Positions 27,332 through 42,719 of a stretch of DNA of 64,000 bases are shown in pieces. Both the position numbers and the translations under genes were made by a program. The stretch is from the NCBI GenBank assembly GCA_053919585.1, contig CM132796.1, one strand, 5' to 3'. Source of the stretch: Euprymna scolopes (taxonomy: Eukaryota). Under the pieces are notes generated by a model, which was given only the letters and a program-made list of their open reading frames with translations, searched no databases and was not told the origin of the DNA. The first letter of the stretch is position 1. Each line of letters starts with the position of its first letter.

Positions 27332-29998
27332 TAGATTTTGTGTTGTTTTTTATTATTTTGGTAATTTATGTACGAGTACTAGAGTGTTCCATATTCTGAA
27401 TATTTACACATGTGTAAACTGCCATTGATACAACACGTTTTACATTAGGTTTGACTGGTAAGGTTCGAATCTACAGAGCAATATGGCTCCATAAAAATAA
27501 AGGCTTCTATTTGTTTTATTTCTAGTGTGATTATAAGTTGGGGCTGCGGATAGTTGAATTGTGTGTCACTGGAAGTAACAGGTAAGTAACGATACAAATA
27601 GATAAAAACGTTTTGATATATACGATCACATTTATTATAATAAGTTAAGATATATCGAGCCAGAGATCAGTAATTACGATATGTGCGTTTAGAGTGAATT
27701 TATCATTGCTTTGTTGTATACTACTTCTATCTTATTGTGCAAGAAAATATAAAATGTTATAGTAGTTTAAAACAAACAATATCGGTTACATAACACGGTG
27801 ACACATAATATAAAAACCGAAAAATATGTTGTGGATTCGTGTACAACGTATTGCAATAATCGTGTCTGGCATTCATATAGATAGATACTGAAATTATTCT
27901 ATACTTCTGTCCATTCTATCAGTTTGTTAATATTTGTGGTGAAAATAGGATGCGACAAGTTGAAGATGTTATTGGTTTCAATGTCGACCATGCCTTTAGA
28001 GTTGAAGTACTGGATCCTGTAGGATCGCAATCCCTTTTTCCCCTACGTGTGACGTGTTGAAAATGAATGAAAACCTACGCGTTACATGTCTAGATTGATT
28101 TAGCGACCATATATCAAACTAATATGAATGGCGGATGGTTGTCTGAATTGGTGTGCATCATTTATTTTAGTTGACTATATTTAACTTATTAGACCTCCAA
28201 ATGTGACATTCGGTATAAATCTTTCGCCAAAGTATGTAAAACAAATATTTTTTTCTTAGGAGATGATAGCGGAAATTAGTAGCCCCTTCCGTTAACATAC
28301 GATTATCCTTAGAGAAATGTGTTAGTTGCCACCGGAGTTTGTTTCCCTGTGAATGTGATTTAAAGCCTCGAAAACATAACATTAAGCAGTAATTTGAATT
28401 CTTACAGATTACAGTTATTATGACTCATTAATATAGTAAATAAAATATCTATTGGGAAAAATATGTTACTTTGTTTTAAATAAAATAGTGTCTTTAATCG
28501 CTTTCGTAGCAAGTGTGCCTACTAGTATTTATTAAATGGTCAGTATTTTCTCCAACATGCTGTAAAATAATTATTTCGTGCGTTTGATAGTGTTCATCCA
28601 TTGGCTGAAATCGGAACGTCACAGGTTAATCGGGCAGCGAATGCGGTCAATGGTATCTTTTTTTTTTAATTCATTATTACATTCCTCTTTCTTTTTGTAG
28701 TGGGAGTTTTCGGTTTTATCCATCAAATTATAATCACGTTTAATCCGGATGTACCTTTTATGGAAGCTTTTACTGTTCTGTTCTAAATAATATAAATATA
28801 ATTTAGTATATTTCAATCAGCATCTGTAATACTGAGATTGTGCTTATGAACAGAATTACCGGTTAAAGGCGTGCAAAATAAATACACATGTTTACTTAAT
28901 GCCTATTCATTGGGTAAAAGTAATTACTATTCTAGAGGCTATAGAACATTGTGACTAGTTTAGTAATTCGGATTTCGGGTTGGGTGATGCATATATGATA
29001 AAACAGCAAGGTATTTAAATGTATTTATTATTAATGTATCAAAATCAAAGAAATGTGTAAATCCTACATATATAATATTATATAATGGGATTGAGTGTGT
29101 ATACACTGAATTGGCAGACTGCTTATGTATATGACACAGGGTTCTTCTGAAGAAATGTACTGCCACTAAATATCTATGGTGGTGCTTCACTATCTGAACC
29201 CCAACTTATTTTTACAGTCTATTTATATTTCGTTACCGGCTAAGTGGTTCTTCTTAACATTTCCTTAATGTGTAATTAACTCGTTTCTTTGACCCTTTTA
29301 ATCATGCTATAATGGTAAATAGTGTTTGTTTTACAGAGTGTGTATGTGGGTTCGTCTGTGTATGTGTGTGTGTGTGTGTGTTGACGTATAACACGAATAC
29401 ATAAACGTGGCATATCTAGTTTCTTCTGGTCCGTCTCTAGAACATTCTCAGGTGTTCTTGGGGAGAAAGATTATGTGTAAATTAAGACGTTTCAACAGAG
29501 ATACTAAGACAATGTGTACTTTATATAGTTTATTCTCCGAGGTATGATTCTAGAACAGGAGCAATCGACAATCTTAACCTGGGTGGCTATTTCTTACACA
29601 TCCCACGTCTGAGACGCCCCCCCTTTTTGAGAGGAGACGTATCAGAAGATGATCTGTAGATCATCTTCTGAGACGTCCTCAATTCAACTCCAACTATTTT
29701 CTGAACAAACGGAAGAACGTGATCATATACCCGTATTTCCGGATCAGCTGCCAGATTCTTTCGATGCAATTGAACGGTCACCGAATTTAAAGTATCTTTA
29801 ACATTTTTTTAACTATATATAAAACACACCTAACTCCTCCCCGTTCACCACGTCAGTCAGATAGATAAATCGATAGTTAAATAGCTATAAAGATAGATAA
29901 CTAGATCGACAAATATAGCAATAATACACATAGATATATAGATAGATCGACAGACAGATAAATAAGTTATAATGCCTTGAATTTTTATTACATAACAT

Positions 29999-30034
<36 letters not shown>

Positions 30035-31249
30035 CATATATCAATTTTATATTTTTCCTGCGTTAGAAACTTTTCAAGCTTATATTTGAATGTTCTTATA
30101 TAAAGGAAAAATTCCCTTTTTTAGTAATGTTTGTTTATGATATGCTTTACCTTAAATTAGAAATTGTGCAGGGTTCCTGCCCATAAGTATAATAGAGTTA
30201 CTAATGTGTTAATTACACACGGTTTCATTATATCAGGATTACACAACAAAAACATGTGTGGTAAATTACGTTACTATAAAAGGGTATTTCGATATTACCG
30301 GCTTACATTACATTGGCATTGTGCCATGTTTAAGTTCGTTGTGTCTGCACAAATAATTAACAAGAACACGAAAGTAAAGGAATACAATAATATATTAGGA
30401 AGAAAAGTTATATACATATTTACATGTCTTCAGATATACTTCAGTTGGAGATATTTCGGCAGGTGGCGTGTTGCATATCTTACTGGAGGCAGCATAAGCG
30501 TCTTGCCTATTTTATGGTTGTTGCCGGACACCCCCGGTATTGTTGATTGATACCTTTATATATCTCACTCACCCGCCTATGTTAATTAATCCACAACAGG
30601 GTCGAAATAGAATAATTAAAAAAAACTACATTTTCGCGTGACTAACTTTTTTTATGCTATATCAGTGATATATCTATTGGTAAAAAATGTATTTTATATC
30701 TATTCTATGTTCTACGTATTTGAGGTATGTAAAACCACCTCTGTAAATATTACAGTGGCAATTTGCCTTGTTTGAGGTGAAAATGTAATTAAAAAAATAC
30801 TATTTTCAGAATCCGTCTAATGTCTGATTCTATTAACACTATGGGAAACCTAACAGATGGTAAAATTAAATAGAAAATGACGATTGTTTCAGTCAAACTA
30901 CATAAATCTCTGTTAGAAATGCTGTTTCGAGCATTTTGAATAATATTGATGAATTAGTGAACTACTGTGTTCGATTCAAATTAGATAATAATTTTGCATT
31001 AGATCATTTAACGCAGTATCTATTAACAATATTTATTGACTACAACTTGCCAATTTATTCATTTCTGTAAGAAATTCTAAAGAATGTAATACGTGGCACA
31101 CAAGCAGTAAACGGAAAAGTAACCGACCACTGGAGCCGTTAAAAATCATTTATAAAATTTGGATCAGACTAACTGACGCCACTAAATGTAAGATTCTAAT
31201 AAAAAAAGAAGCGGTTAAGTTGCATGATAAAAATGACAAAGAACGTATC

Positions 31250-31870
31250 ATCATTTAAAACAGTTATACATTTACTGGTCCTGGTAACTGAAGAGGTGAA
31301 ATAATTGAAAATCAACTCGACAATTAATAAGGCTCTTACGGACTCACGTATTCACGTCGAAAGTACATCAAGAGATACAATTCTATAACCAACATGCAGG
31401 TAAGAAGGAATGTGCATTTTACAAGTGTTAATTGCAAAACCTCATAAAGAGATACCTCTGAGTACGATGTCTTGTACTATCGCTCGGTAAATGGCAATAT
31501 GAAAAGCTCTATAACCTCGATCTAAACAAAATATACTCAACTGCAATCAATATCTATAAGTTGCCAAACAAACCAAACTTAGAAATAGACCGTCCAACCA
31601 GAGTTTTATTCTAAATAAGTTAGCCAGAAATAAAAGTTTCAAACAGCCCGATTAAAAGACAATTACTCAAACAATGTAAGGAACGAAATATATAGTGTTA
31701 AATATCGTCCTTTTAAAGAGCTAGGAGAAAAGAATAGTTAAATAAAATTCTTTAAGAAATAAAAATGAATACTTTACTGAAAAACATGTCAAAGTTTCGC
31801 GTCTATAACAATTCTTAAAAAAAAATTAATTGGAAAATATTTGATATGGCTGAACTTTTTTCAAGACGTT
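31250..31870 (+). pseudogene. Possible highly decayed Penelope-like RT C-terminus/GIY-YIG relic
   Basis: Short peptides in the expected order: NKALTDS, NMKSSI, NWKIFDMA; many stops and frameshifts. Confidence 0.35.
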
Positions 31871-31943
31871 TTATCTCCATTGAACATTTTTTCTGTGCTT
31901 TTTAAATTTACAATTTGCCTTGCATGCACACACACCCGCGCGG

Positions 31944-32012
<69 letters not shown>

Positions 32013-32427
32013 GAGTTTAAGTATTCCTCCTGCAGACAAATAGACTCTGCCACGTTAATACACACACACATACACGCGCACACACACACACACACACAAG
32101 CACACACACAGATATATATGTAGAAATATATTTTCTTATTATATATCAATCCTTATTTAAGAAGCTCAATGTAATAACAGAGCAATACAAAAAATAAACG
32201 ACAAAAGGTTATATTTCAAAATTCATGATATTGAAAATTTTATTATTTACCCCTTTAATTCAGTTGACTTATACAATTCTTGACAGTATCTGTTTCGTAN
32301 NNNNNNNNNNNNNNNNNNNNNNNNNNNNNNNNNNNNNNNNNNNNNNNNNNNNNNNNNNNNNNNNNNNNNNNNNNNNNNNNNNNNNNNNNNNNNNNNNNNN
32401 NNNNNNNNNNNNNNNNNNNNNNNNNNN

Positions 32428-34835
32428 AAGGCACAGTGCAACTTTGAAGCAGGGGGCTACTATCAGCGACTTAATTAGCAAGGGCATTATGAAAGGATAT
32501 GAGTAGAAAGATCTTTGTTCACATTACACTTGAACTTCTGCATATCATTGCAGTTGGAAAAGCAGAATCCCGGAAGGGAGTTCCAAAAACCTGCAGTTCT
32601 GGGGAAGAAACAATGGAGTAAAAGGCTTTCTTGCACCTAGGTATCTCTACTGTAAAAGGATAAGACTTAGTAGCTTGTTGGGTTTTTCGGGGGGTAACGT
32701 CGAGGAGGGACTAGTGTTTGCAGTTCGTCAGAGCATTCACCATTAAAGTATTTGTAGAACAGGCAGACGGATGCAACATCTCGTCGATGGAACATAGGCT
32801 GAATCCTAGATGACAGTTCAGGACCTATTAGGTTGGCGACTCTCTTTTGAACCCTGCCCAGAAGCGAGAGACAAGCAGCAGATGCACCAGCCCAGATGTG
32901 ACAACAGTGCTCCATACATGGGCGAATGGTGGCCTTATAGAGGTACAGGACACTCTCATGCGTAAGTAGTTTTCTAGCACGGTAGAGGGAGCCAACCTTC
33001 CTTGCAGCAGCCTTGGCAATGCTCTCAATGTATCTATTCCAGTTCATATTACCTGTAAACGTTAGGCCGATGAGTTTAAAAGAAGTACTTTCAGGCAATG
33101 GGTTCTTGGTCATTGCTATTGTTGGTAGAGAAGGTTTCTTGTAGTTATTGAAGGAAACAAGCTTAGTCTTAGCAGCATTGAATGTGACCATCCATTTTTG
33201 TTCCCATTCCACTACAGATTGGAGATCATCCTCTAGTGTGTCTGCCATTTCCTTGGACATGTGTTCATTTGTTTTCCCCTCATATCTGTTATAGAGAGTG
33301 GTGTCATCGGCAAATATACCCATCTCCGAAACAATTTTATCAGGGAGGTCATTTATGAATATCAGGAATAATAGAGGTCCAAGGATAGCCCCCTGAGATA
33401 CTTCCGCATTTATGTCATATTGTTTAGATGTACGACCGTCGAGGACAACTTGGACTTTTCTCTTACTTTAGAAGGATTCAATTACATTATGAATTCCTCC
33501 AGTGATTCCATATGATCTGATTTACCTTAGAAGACCATCTTGCCATGCCCTGTACAAGGACTTAGATATATCAAGGGATACCGCTCTACCCTCTCCTGTT
33601 TTGTCCAATGAACAGTATATACGTTCAGAAACTACAGTTAAGATATCTGCTGTTGAACGGGCTTGCCTGATTCCATATTGTTTGTCAGTCAGGAGTTTAG
33701 CAGCTGTTAGGTGCTGGACTAAGGCTTTATTAACTAAGGACTCAAATATTTTGGCGAAAAGCGGGAGGAGGCTAATGGGGCGATGATTTAGTGGGTCAGT
33801 TCTTTCACCAGAATTCTTGAAGACTGGTACCACAGAAGCCGTTTTCCAGCAGTCGGGAAAGCAAGATTCATTAACGCATTTATTGTAAAGTTTGGAGAGA
33901 ACAAGAGCAACCTCACCAGAGCATTTTTAATAACACAGCCCGGATGGGATCTGACCCACATTCTATTAAGGTGTCTAGTTTTTTTATAATAGCATGTACC
34001 TGAGAAGGGGTTATTTTCGTCTAGTGTGGCGTCTGTTCGCAGAGGAAAATCAGGGAGGGAGTGGTGAACCGGGTTCAGTGTGGAGTTTGAGGCAAACCGT
34101 CTGGCAAGAAGATTAGCCTTGTCAGTTGCCGTGCAAGCAACCTCACGATTGTTTGATAGTGGGGGAATAGTTGACCGTCCATGATTTACTACGCTGGTGT
34201 AGATTTTCCAAAATTCCCGGGTTCCCAACTTCTGTGCTACGATGCGTTTTCTGGTGGTTTCAGAGTAACCTGTCATAGCTGTCTCTATCGCTCTCTTACA
34301 ATTATTTCTAGCTTCTATATACTTCTATTTATTTTAGCTGGACTTATGTCGGTTGAATCTGCGGAACGCATGCTGCCTTTGACAAATGGCAGCCGCACAA
34401 GCAGAAGTAAACCATTGGGGAGAGTGGGGCTTGCTATAGAATTTCCGTGCGGGAACATGTGCTTCAATTGCAGTTTTGAACCATTCAGTGGTTTCATTTG
34501 CACACTGTTCCGCTGGAAGAGTAAATATATTTTGCCATGGGGCATCTCTGATGAGTTCCTTGATGGCTTCCCAATCAGCCTTTTTGTAATACCTCGTTGT
34601 TTTGAGTAGTGGGTCTTCAGATTAAGGACGAGAATGTATGCTGACTTCTACCATTATCACAGCGTGATCAGCTTTCCCAAGTTGGTTGTGGGCATTTGTT
34701 GTACAGTCATCGGGACCGTTGCCAGAAAGGGATCTAGCAGTGAGGCATGTTGATCTTGCTGGTCTGGGAAACGTGTCTGAAATGTAACTATCTGAGATAG
34801 GGAATGTGATATAGAGAAGCTATGTGCTATGCTAC

Positions 34836-34838
<3 letters not shown>
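32428..34838 (-). mobile_element. CR1/Zenon-like LINE, diverged relative of 20538-23774, 5' truncated at a (TA)n tract
   Basis: FADD, RPISLLP and HRRDVASVCLFYKY motifs; colinear with copy 1; 3' end runs into an N gap. Confidence 0.93.
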
Positions 34839-34892
<54 letters not shown>

Positions 34893-35482
34893 TGTGTAAC
34901 AAAGACAAGACTTTAAAACAAGGTGTTGGTGGCAACAAAAAGTGTATTTCAATTTACGTTAAAATTGTTTCCATGTCGAGATCGACAATTTCAAGAATTA
35001 TGTCGTTTGAAAATTTTTACAACCAGCATTTATTCACACTTTTCGCAATGGAGCATTTTTTGAAGAGAAGGAAGGAAGGGGAAATCCCTAGCTTGAAAGG
35101 TATGCGAGAAACATCTACCTTTGGTTACGGAAAATCCCATTTAAATATTAATATATCGCCAAATTTTCCTATCTTTATTCAAGAGAGGAGTTATGACAAG
35201 TTGCTACAGAGGGCCCCAATCCATTTAAAATATTTTTTAATATATATATCCCATCCGTTGGGTTCCTAAATTAGGTCTTGTTATTTCTTTGTTACCCAAT
35301 ACTTAATTTTTTAAATTTTTGTTTCGATATTACGGCCGTAACAGCCTCGCAAAAATGTTGCGGTTAGTTTTAGTTTCGTATTAGTGGCAGATAATGTTTA
35401 TGGATTATCGTTATATTTGTGCTCGGATTTAAGACCCTTTTAGTTTCAAAGTTTAATTGAACTCGGTATAATTACATATAAG

Positions 35483-35516
<34 letters not shown>

Positions 35517-35540
35517 CATATATATATATACATATATTCA

Positions 35541-35748
35541 TTACCGACATACCAAGCGCCCCTCCCAACTTTCCCCCCTGTTCCCTTCCTCTCTTTCTTC
35601 CGCCCTCCTCGCAGGCCCTGACCTCATTCCTTCTTTCACTCTTTCATCCCATAATTGCGAACACTTCTGTAAAAGTCTGAGAAAGCTACAGACGGCCAAA
35701 AAACGGCCGAGTAGCTGAAACAATAATGTAACTTAACAGAAAGATACG
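35541..35748 (+). mobile_element. Family B copy 2 with mutated hammerhead (CUGAGAA)
   Basis: Reverse complement of about 12015-12225; preceded by a (TC)n/(TA)n tract, ends in an N gap. Confidence 0.8.
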
Positions 35749-37668
35749 NNNNNNNNNNNNNNNNNNNNNNNNNNNNNNNNNNNNNNNNNNNNNNNNNNNN
35801 NNNNNNNNNNNNNNNNNNNNNNNNNNNNNNNNNNNNNNNNNNNNNNNNNNNNNNNNNNNNNNNNNNNNNNNNNNNNNNNNNNNNNNNNNNNNNGTGGTGA
35901 TGAAATATATAAACTTCTAGAAAATGAAGTGAGGAAGTTCAAATGGGTGTATATGCATTATATCAAGCTTTCGATCTTTCAGTGTTTTCACATGTCTAAA
36001 TCATCAAAAACGTTCAGTTATTTGCACTTAGCAAAAAATACAAAATGTATAATTATCTTAACAAAAAATTGCTTTTTATTACTTTTTCCTGAAAATCTTA
36101 TAGTAAATATTTTTGTACAGAAAAAAGACTTTTTCAAATGCTTTTAACTTTGCCAAGAATAACAAACAACAGAAACATGCTTATGATGTCGGATTTTCCA
36201 CTAAGGAGAATTATTCGTAGAGAAAAGTTGATGAATATGTTGTACGTGAATGATCAAAATCACGTCGTTTATACAGAGACATGCATANNNNNNNNNNNNN
36301 NNNNNNNNNNNNNNNNNNNNNNNNNNNNNNNNNNNNNNNNNNNNNNNNNNNNNNNNNNNNNNNNNNNNNNNNNNNNNNNNNNNNNNNNNNNNNNNNNNNN
36401 NNNNNNNNNNNNNNNNNNNNNNNNNNNNNNNNNNNNNNNNNNNNNNNNNNNNNNNNNNNNNNNNNNNNNNNNNNNNNNNNNNNNNNNNNNNNNNNNNNNN
36501 NNNNNNNNNNNNNNNNNNNNNNNNNNNNNNNNNNNATATACATAAGTATATACATAAATATATAAAAAGATATATATAGACATACATATATACAAATACA
36601 TATATATATATGTGTGTGTGTGTGTGTCTGTGTCTGTGTGTGTGTGCGGTTTCTCAGGACAATCTTGCATTACACTACATTTTCCTAGAAGCAAAGCATG
36701 GCCAAATATTTCCGATAACATAGGAGTCCCGACTCACATAAGACTGCCTCGATCTGGTTAACCTTCAATGGCTTTAGCGAGGTATTTTGTCCTTTCTAAA
36801 GTAACAGCACAAAGTTGGATACTCAAACAAATTTGATAAATTTTATACTAGTATGTGGGTTGTGGCGGTTACTTGCATTTACTCGAGTTTGTTGGTGGAG
36901 ACTTTCAACAGCCATTGTCTGTTTCCAGCGATCCCTTCCGATCATAACCAGCATCGGTCTGCATTGTGTTGCTCCGAAATGAAATTGTATGTTTTCAATA
37001 ACAAACACCGGTCGGAGTTATTGTTTATTTTTTTTTAGGCGGTTACTTGCACATGGTCATTGTCAGCTACTATAGATCATGACTAGTGTCGGGTCCAATT
37101 TAACAGCTTATATAGTAGCCTGTCACTCATTATATAGTAATGTCATCCGATGGCAGGCACTATGGGGAGTCCTAATGGTTAGTGGCAGTGATTTCAGGGG
37201 CCACTGTTACTATTGCGTACACTTGTAGGCATTTGCTTACAATAACTTGCAGTGGCGGCCAGTCCCGTGTCGTGGTGCCGCAGCGACTTATAGCCGATAA
37301 TTTCTGTTTTAAAAACTCGACTTTTGTTTTGATGTAAATGAAAAACAAATAATATTAAAAAAAACTATTTTATGAAAAATGGCGGTATTTTACTTTATTA
37401 TTAAGGTGAGTTTTTCTTGGTTTAAGATTAAAAAAATAATAAACTGGCGTTTTCTATTAAGGTTTCGTTTTAAAATGAGTTCATTCACTACGATTATTCA
37501 ATTTCTATTTTTTTTCTTTACGTAATTTAAGTAAAAAGCTGACTCTTTAATTTATATGTAGGTTGCGATTTGTCTATTATAGACCGTGTTAACAAAGAAA
37601 CTTAAAATGTCAGTGTATATCTATCAAAGTATCGGTTTTATTTTGTGTGTATACGATTAGGTGAAATA

Positions 37669-38896
37669 TCTATATATACAAACAGGAAACTCTTGGTATG
37701 TTCGTGATTGATAATCTAAATAACAACTACACCTATTGCTTCGACATTTTGGTATAATATTTACATCGTCCATATGCGTGTTTTTACATATCTATTTTTA
37801 ATCATAACATTATACTCAGTTTTCTTTAGTAAATAGGTGTTTTTCTTTCTAACGATGTGGCCATTGTTTATTTGGGGAAATATAATTATCACTGCCCATC
37901 ATGCTGTATCACAGCACATCACTGCGGCTAGACAAGATCGTAAAAATATCGAATTTCTTCGATAATTATTTTCTTTACTCATTAATTTCTCCCTCGTCGT
38001 TTTTCGTAAGTTTTGGCTATTTGAATTACTGTGACATGACAATTCAGTAGATAATATTAGTGTCGTTTAAAAAAACATATTTCGATTCCCGAATATCGCA
38101 ACAGTAAAGAAGAAGCACTAAAATGTTTACGAATATTCTCATTATTATATTTGAAAGCAACATATTTTCTTTGGATAAAAACAAAAGTTTACTAAACTAT
38201 TTCCATTTTTTTACACTTATCCTTCAAAATTTGTAAATTTTCTTTTAAATGTTTTCTTTCATTCTGAATTACCACTGGTCTCCCACTCACTTTATTGGTT
38301 TATTCTTTAAACAATTTTTCCAATTTTTCCATCGTTTCATTTTTGATAAAACACTATACTTACATTAAAATGAAAATCGGCTAAATATTTTTGATAAAAC
38401 ACTATAATTACATGAATATGAAAATCGGCTAAATATTTTTGATAAAACACTATACTTACATAAAAACGACTATCGGCTAAATATTTTTGATAAAACACTA
38501 TACTTACATAAAAATCAAAATCCGCTAAATATGTTTGATAAAACACGGGCGGAGCGGCCAGTGGATGTGCGTTGAATTATTTAAACGGAAATTTTAATAT
38601 TGCTCTTTAATATTCGCTTGTCGTTTGCAATAATCATTAACAAGATCCATGGACAATTTTATATTTGTGGGACTTACACCATGATTGCTGCTTACATGGA
38701 CAAGTATATGTTGCGTGTTCTGCAGTAAGAAAATCAGACAATCTGTACATCTGCACAGAAAAAGGAACACCTCAAAATATTGTGTATCCACAAATATGTA
38801 GAACATAAACTTAAGACACATAGTTTATCTTTTTTGGTTTGTCCCCCCCCCATTTTAACATCTGAGCCACAGCAACGCGTGGCCGGGTACAGCTGG
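37669..38896 (+). mobile_element. Non-autonomous Helitron
   Basis: A|TCTATATATAC 5' end; 3' hairpin GCCACAGCAACGCGTGGC followed by CAGCTGG|T (CTRR); inserted between A and T. Confidence 0.75.
38335..38546. repeat. 48-bp tandem repeat, about 4.3 copies
   Basis: Repeats of TTTTGATAAAACACTATACTTACAT..AAATCGGCTAAATAT. Confidence 0.9.
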
Positions 38897-41710
38897 TATG
38901 TGATATGATTTGTAAGATAATACATTTATAATTCAAAATGTGCAAATACTGTATTCGTAATGACAGGTGCGTCTTTTATGGGTAGGTGGCTTTTATTTTT
39001 AAACTTTTTAATAAATAAACGAGATAGGGTATTTAAATTAAAATCTGTTTTTTTCCAATTATTCAGTTTACTTTTTGTTGTAAGCATCTACAAAAATATG
39101 AGAACATGTTTTTTTTTATAATGAAGACTGAATTTTCATCCTAATACAATACTTATGAATAAATAAATGAAAATACTGTGCATATCTGGTGTTATTTTTT
39201 TTACATAAGTTAATTCTCTCTGATTCTCTTTGTTCTACCAGGAGATAAACGCTATATACTGATTTAAACATCAAATTATATCAGTTTAAAAATATTTAGG
39301 TAAATGTTTATGGTTACCGAGAAAGGTGAGCAAAGATGAAGGGTAGTACAAGAACAGATGCTAAATATTGGCACGAGAGTTTACACTTTATTCCTAGTTA
39401 AATAGTCAGAAATATATTGCATGTGTGTTTTATGTATGCAATGCAACATTCATAACAATAATTTGTAAACCAGTAACTTTAGCAGCGGGAATAGTTGGAA
39501 TACTATTTTATATAGTAAATGATAATCAAGTCGCATAGTATAAGAAGTGAATAAAAATCATACAACCCGTTCGATATTGTTTTAGAAGTTTCTCTTGATA
39601 AAATATTAAATCAAATGCTGTAAATCCAAACACCTTCCTAAAGGACACGATCAGCATTCCTATATAAAATCGTATTGACTATATTTTCCTTACAAACAAA
39701 TAGAATCGGATAAGTAGGTGCAATACAAAACTGAATAAATCATGCACAAAAAGTTTCTGTTATGTCGACAGAATTCGTTCGTGTAACTCTCCAAGTATCT
39801 TATAATATATTTCTGAACCATGAACGCCTAGATTTAGCGATATCTCGAAATCATTTTAAAGTCGCTGCTTTCATTAATGTTAAAATCTGGCGAAACAATC
39901 CAGTGAAAAATTCGCCGGAACTTGTGGCGGGAGAGATCGATATTTAAAGTGCAGTATACAGTAGTGATATTGACAAACGTACATTAGTAAAACAATAGCA
40001 CGGACGGTGCTGTTGTTAACACCGTGATATTTCACGAATACTTTCCGGTTACGTTAGGAGAGGAGGAAGACATAAAATTAATGAGGGAAAATTGTGCTAC
40101 CAGCGATAATTGCGCCTTATTTTTTAATGTTACTTTGCTTGAAAATAATATAAGACTGATATTTTTAGTAGTCTGGTCATATTGAATGAATAACTATCGT
40201 CTGGGCTGGCAATGCTATTACGTTTTTTTTTTACTGCGTAGTAATTATCTTTTCTATTTCAATATGTATACAGATTATGGATTGAATTAAAGTATAAACT
40301 TCAAGTCAAACATCATGGTTCAATTCTGCGCCAAACAGAAACATTCATTCGAACGCGCCACTGTCTTATCAAAGAACTTACAGGTTTTATAAAAAACATT
40401 TCTATACAATGGCTTGAATAAAAGTTTAAAATGCAAGAATGTGTATCATGTTTCAGTTGTGTTTTTAATTAGAAGCATTTGTTTTAAACGCGCTACTGTC
40501 TTATCAAATAACTTACTGTTCAAATTATACGCTGTGACCTTCTGTTTGTGGAGGGGTTAAGCTTCTTATATTCACGTGTGATGTTAGGCTTTTTAAGGTA
40601 TTAACATTATTCTAAATCGAACAGTTCGATTTTTAATCGGAGTTTTCGATTACCGATGCTTATCAGAAACATTCCGATAAATAAAAAAAAGATTAAGAAC
40701 GCTCCAAGATAGAGAGCGTATATTTGTGTAAAATATCATAAAATCAGGATCCTATTTTGAGCTCAAACACATACACAAAATGCCATTTATATTTAAGTAG
40801 ATTTCACAAGCTTAATGTGTCTATATACACTTATTTGCGTATGAGTGTATTTGCTTGAATCTCTTCACTGTGTGTTCGTCTATGTACGCACCGACTGTCT
40901 CGCTCACTGAGAACTTATTCTTCTCTTTGTATATAAATTGAGTTCTAAAAGATAGACATTATATACGTATACTTTGATTTGTATTTATTGATTGTATGTG
41001 CCTGTGTATATATGTATTAGTATTAACGCACGCGATGCATAAGAAAACAGATCTTATAGTTTGGCAATTAATCATTGTGAGAAAAAAGGAGATTCATCGC
41101 CGGCAAAAACACGACTCGGTATAATTATTCGTATGTGATTTATCGCCTTACTTTACCTGGTTGGACATCGTCCTAAACAAGCAGTCTGTCCGGGTGCAAC
41201 GAAGATCTAGAAGCGAAGGAGAGATTAAATAAACAAGAAGAAAAATACAAAAATACAGAAAAGAATAAGAATAAAGACGTTTGTAATGAAGTAAATACAT
41301 AAATGAATGAAAAGCAATTGAATGAATAAATGTATTAAGCGGTGAAAGTCCAGATTTGTCTTTAGTCTTTAGATAAATGTATTTCCTGACCGTTTCTGCT
41401 TGATCTTAACTGACGACAGTGCGGCAAAGATATTCTTTGCGTCACCTTATTTGTACTGGAATCGCGGAAATATCTGGGTTTTTTCTTTCTTTTCTAGACG
41501 AAAAAAAAACACTTATTAGGAATCGAATATTATCAAAAAGTATGAATCTTTTTAATGTATGTTTGCTCTTCAGTTTCTTCCTAAACAGTTTTCATTGACG
41601 GTAAAGTATTGTAAATTGGTGCACTCATACATTTAATTTATATCTGTATGCTATCCTCACTGACTCACTGTATTGTTGTTTGAAATCACACGGCGATATA
41701 TGTAATGTGC

Positions 41711-42283
41711 TGGATTGAGTACTGCTGCCACATCTGGGCAGGAGCTGCTAAAACAGCATATCCTGCCGTGACACAGTATAAAATAGTCTTCGTGATTTAG
41801 TGGGGGTGGGTGCCCTTTTGTCTTCCCTGCAACCTCTTTTACACAGAAGAGACGTTGCGAGCCTGTCTTTGTTTTATCGTTATTTCCATGACAGGTGCTC
41901 GTCTGAGCTTAATCTCTCGTCCCCCCTCGCCAATCTTTCACAAGAAACACCCGTCTGGCTGAAACTACTGTCAATAATTTTCCCCACTCTTTATCTGTGA
42001 CTAAATCATAACGTAGATTCCATGAGCAAAGCTTCTTTGTTAGACCTGCACGCCAGTAGATCTCTCTGCCGCTTGCCTGTTTCTCACCTGACTAGAACTT
42101 GCATGTCCTCAAGTCCAACATAAACAAACTCCCGACAAACCGCCTCTATAAGTAACACACTCTATCAAATCTCCAATACTAATGATTACTACAATACTAT
42201 CTCATTGATTAATGTACACGCAATAACCCTTATCCCTGAGTGGCCTTCGGGCCTTGATAAGTTGTGACCCCCATGTAAAAAAA
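41711..42283 (+). mobile_element. CR1/Zenon-like LINE family B, 3' fragment
   Basis: IEYCCHIWAGA and HRRDVASLSLFYRYFH motifs; 3' UTR AACCCTTATCCCTGAGTGGCC...TGTAAAAAAA. Confidence 0.9.
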
Positions 42284-42719
42284 TAAGAAGAATAATGTCA
42301 TATATTACTAATCTGACTGCTCATATATTACTAATCTGACTGCTTTAGGATATCTGTCTGCATAAATACGAATTTTATAACTAATTTTATTTTCTATTAT
42401 ATTACTATGGGCGATTTTTTATATGTCTTTTTAAATCAATTCATCGGCTATTCTATTAAGTATAATATCGTGCTACATCCCCAAGTCACTTTCGTTTATT
42501 ATGCTATTTGATGGTACATCATTTACTTTTAAAGAAGAATTAGTACTAATTTTCTAATTCCGAGACCATAATCCTATGTATTATCTCATTTTTTACAGAT
42601 TACTATAGTCAAAATTCGTTTGATCAATATAAATTTCTCAATCAAGAAAAATTACACGATTGGAGAGAGCATGTATTTGCCTGTACTAAGGATTGGACTT
42701 TATACCTAAAAATGTTTTA

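Noticed and set aside
38335-38546. CRISPR-like regular repeats
   Set aside because: Contiguous tandem units with no unique spacers, in a eukaryotic context without cas genes
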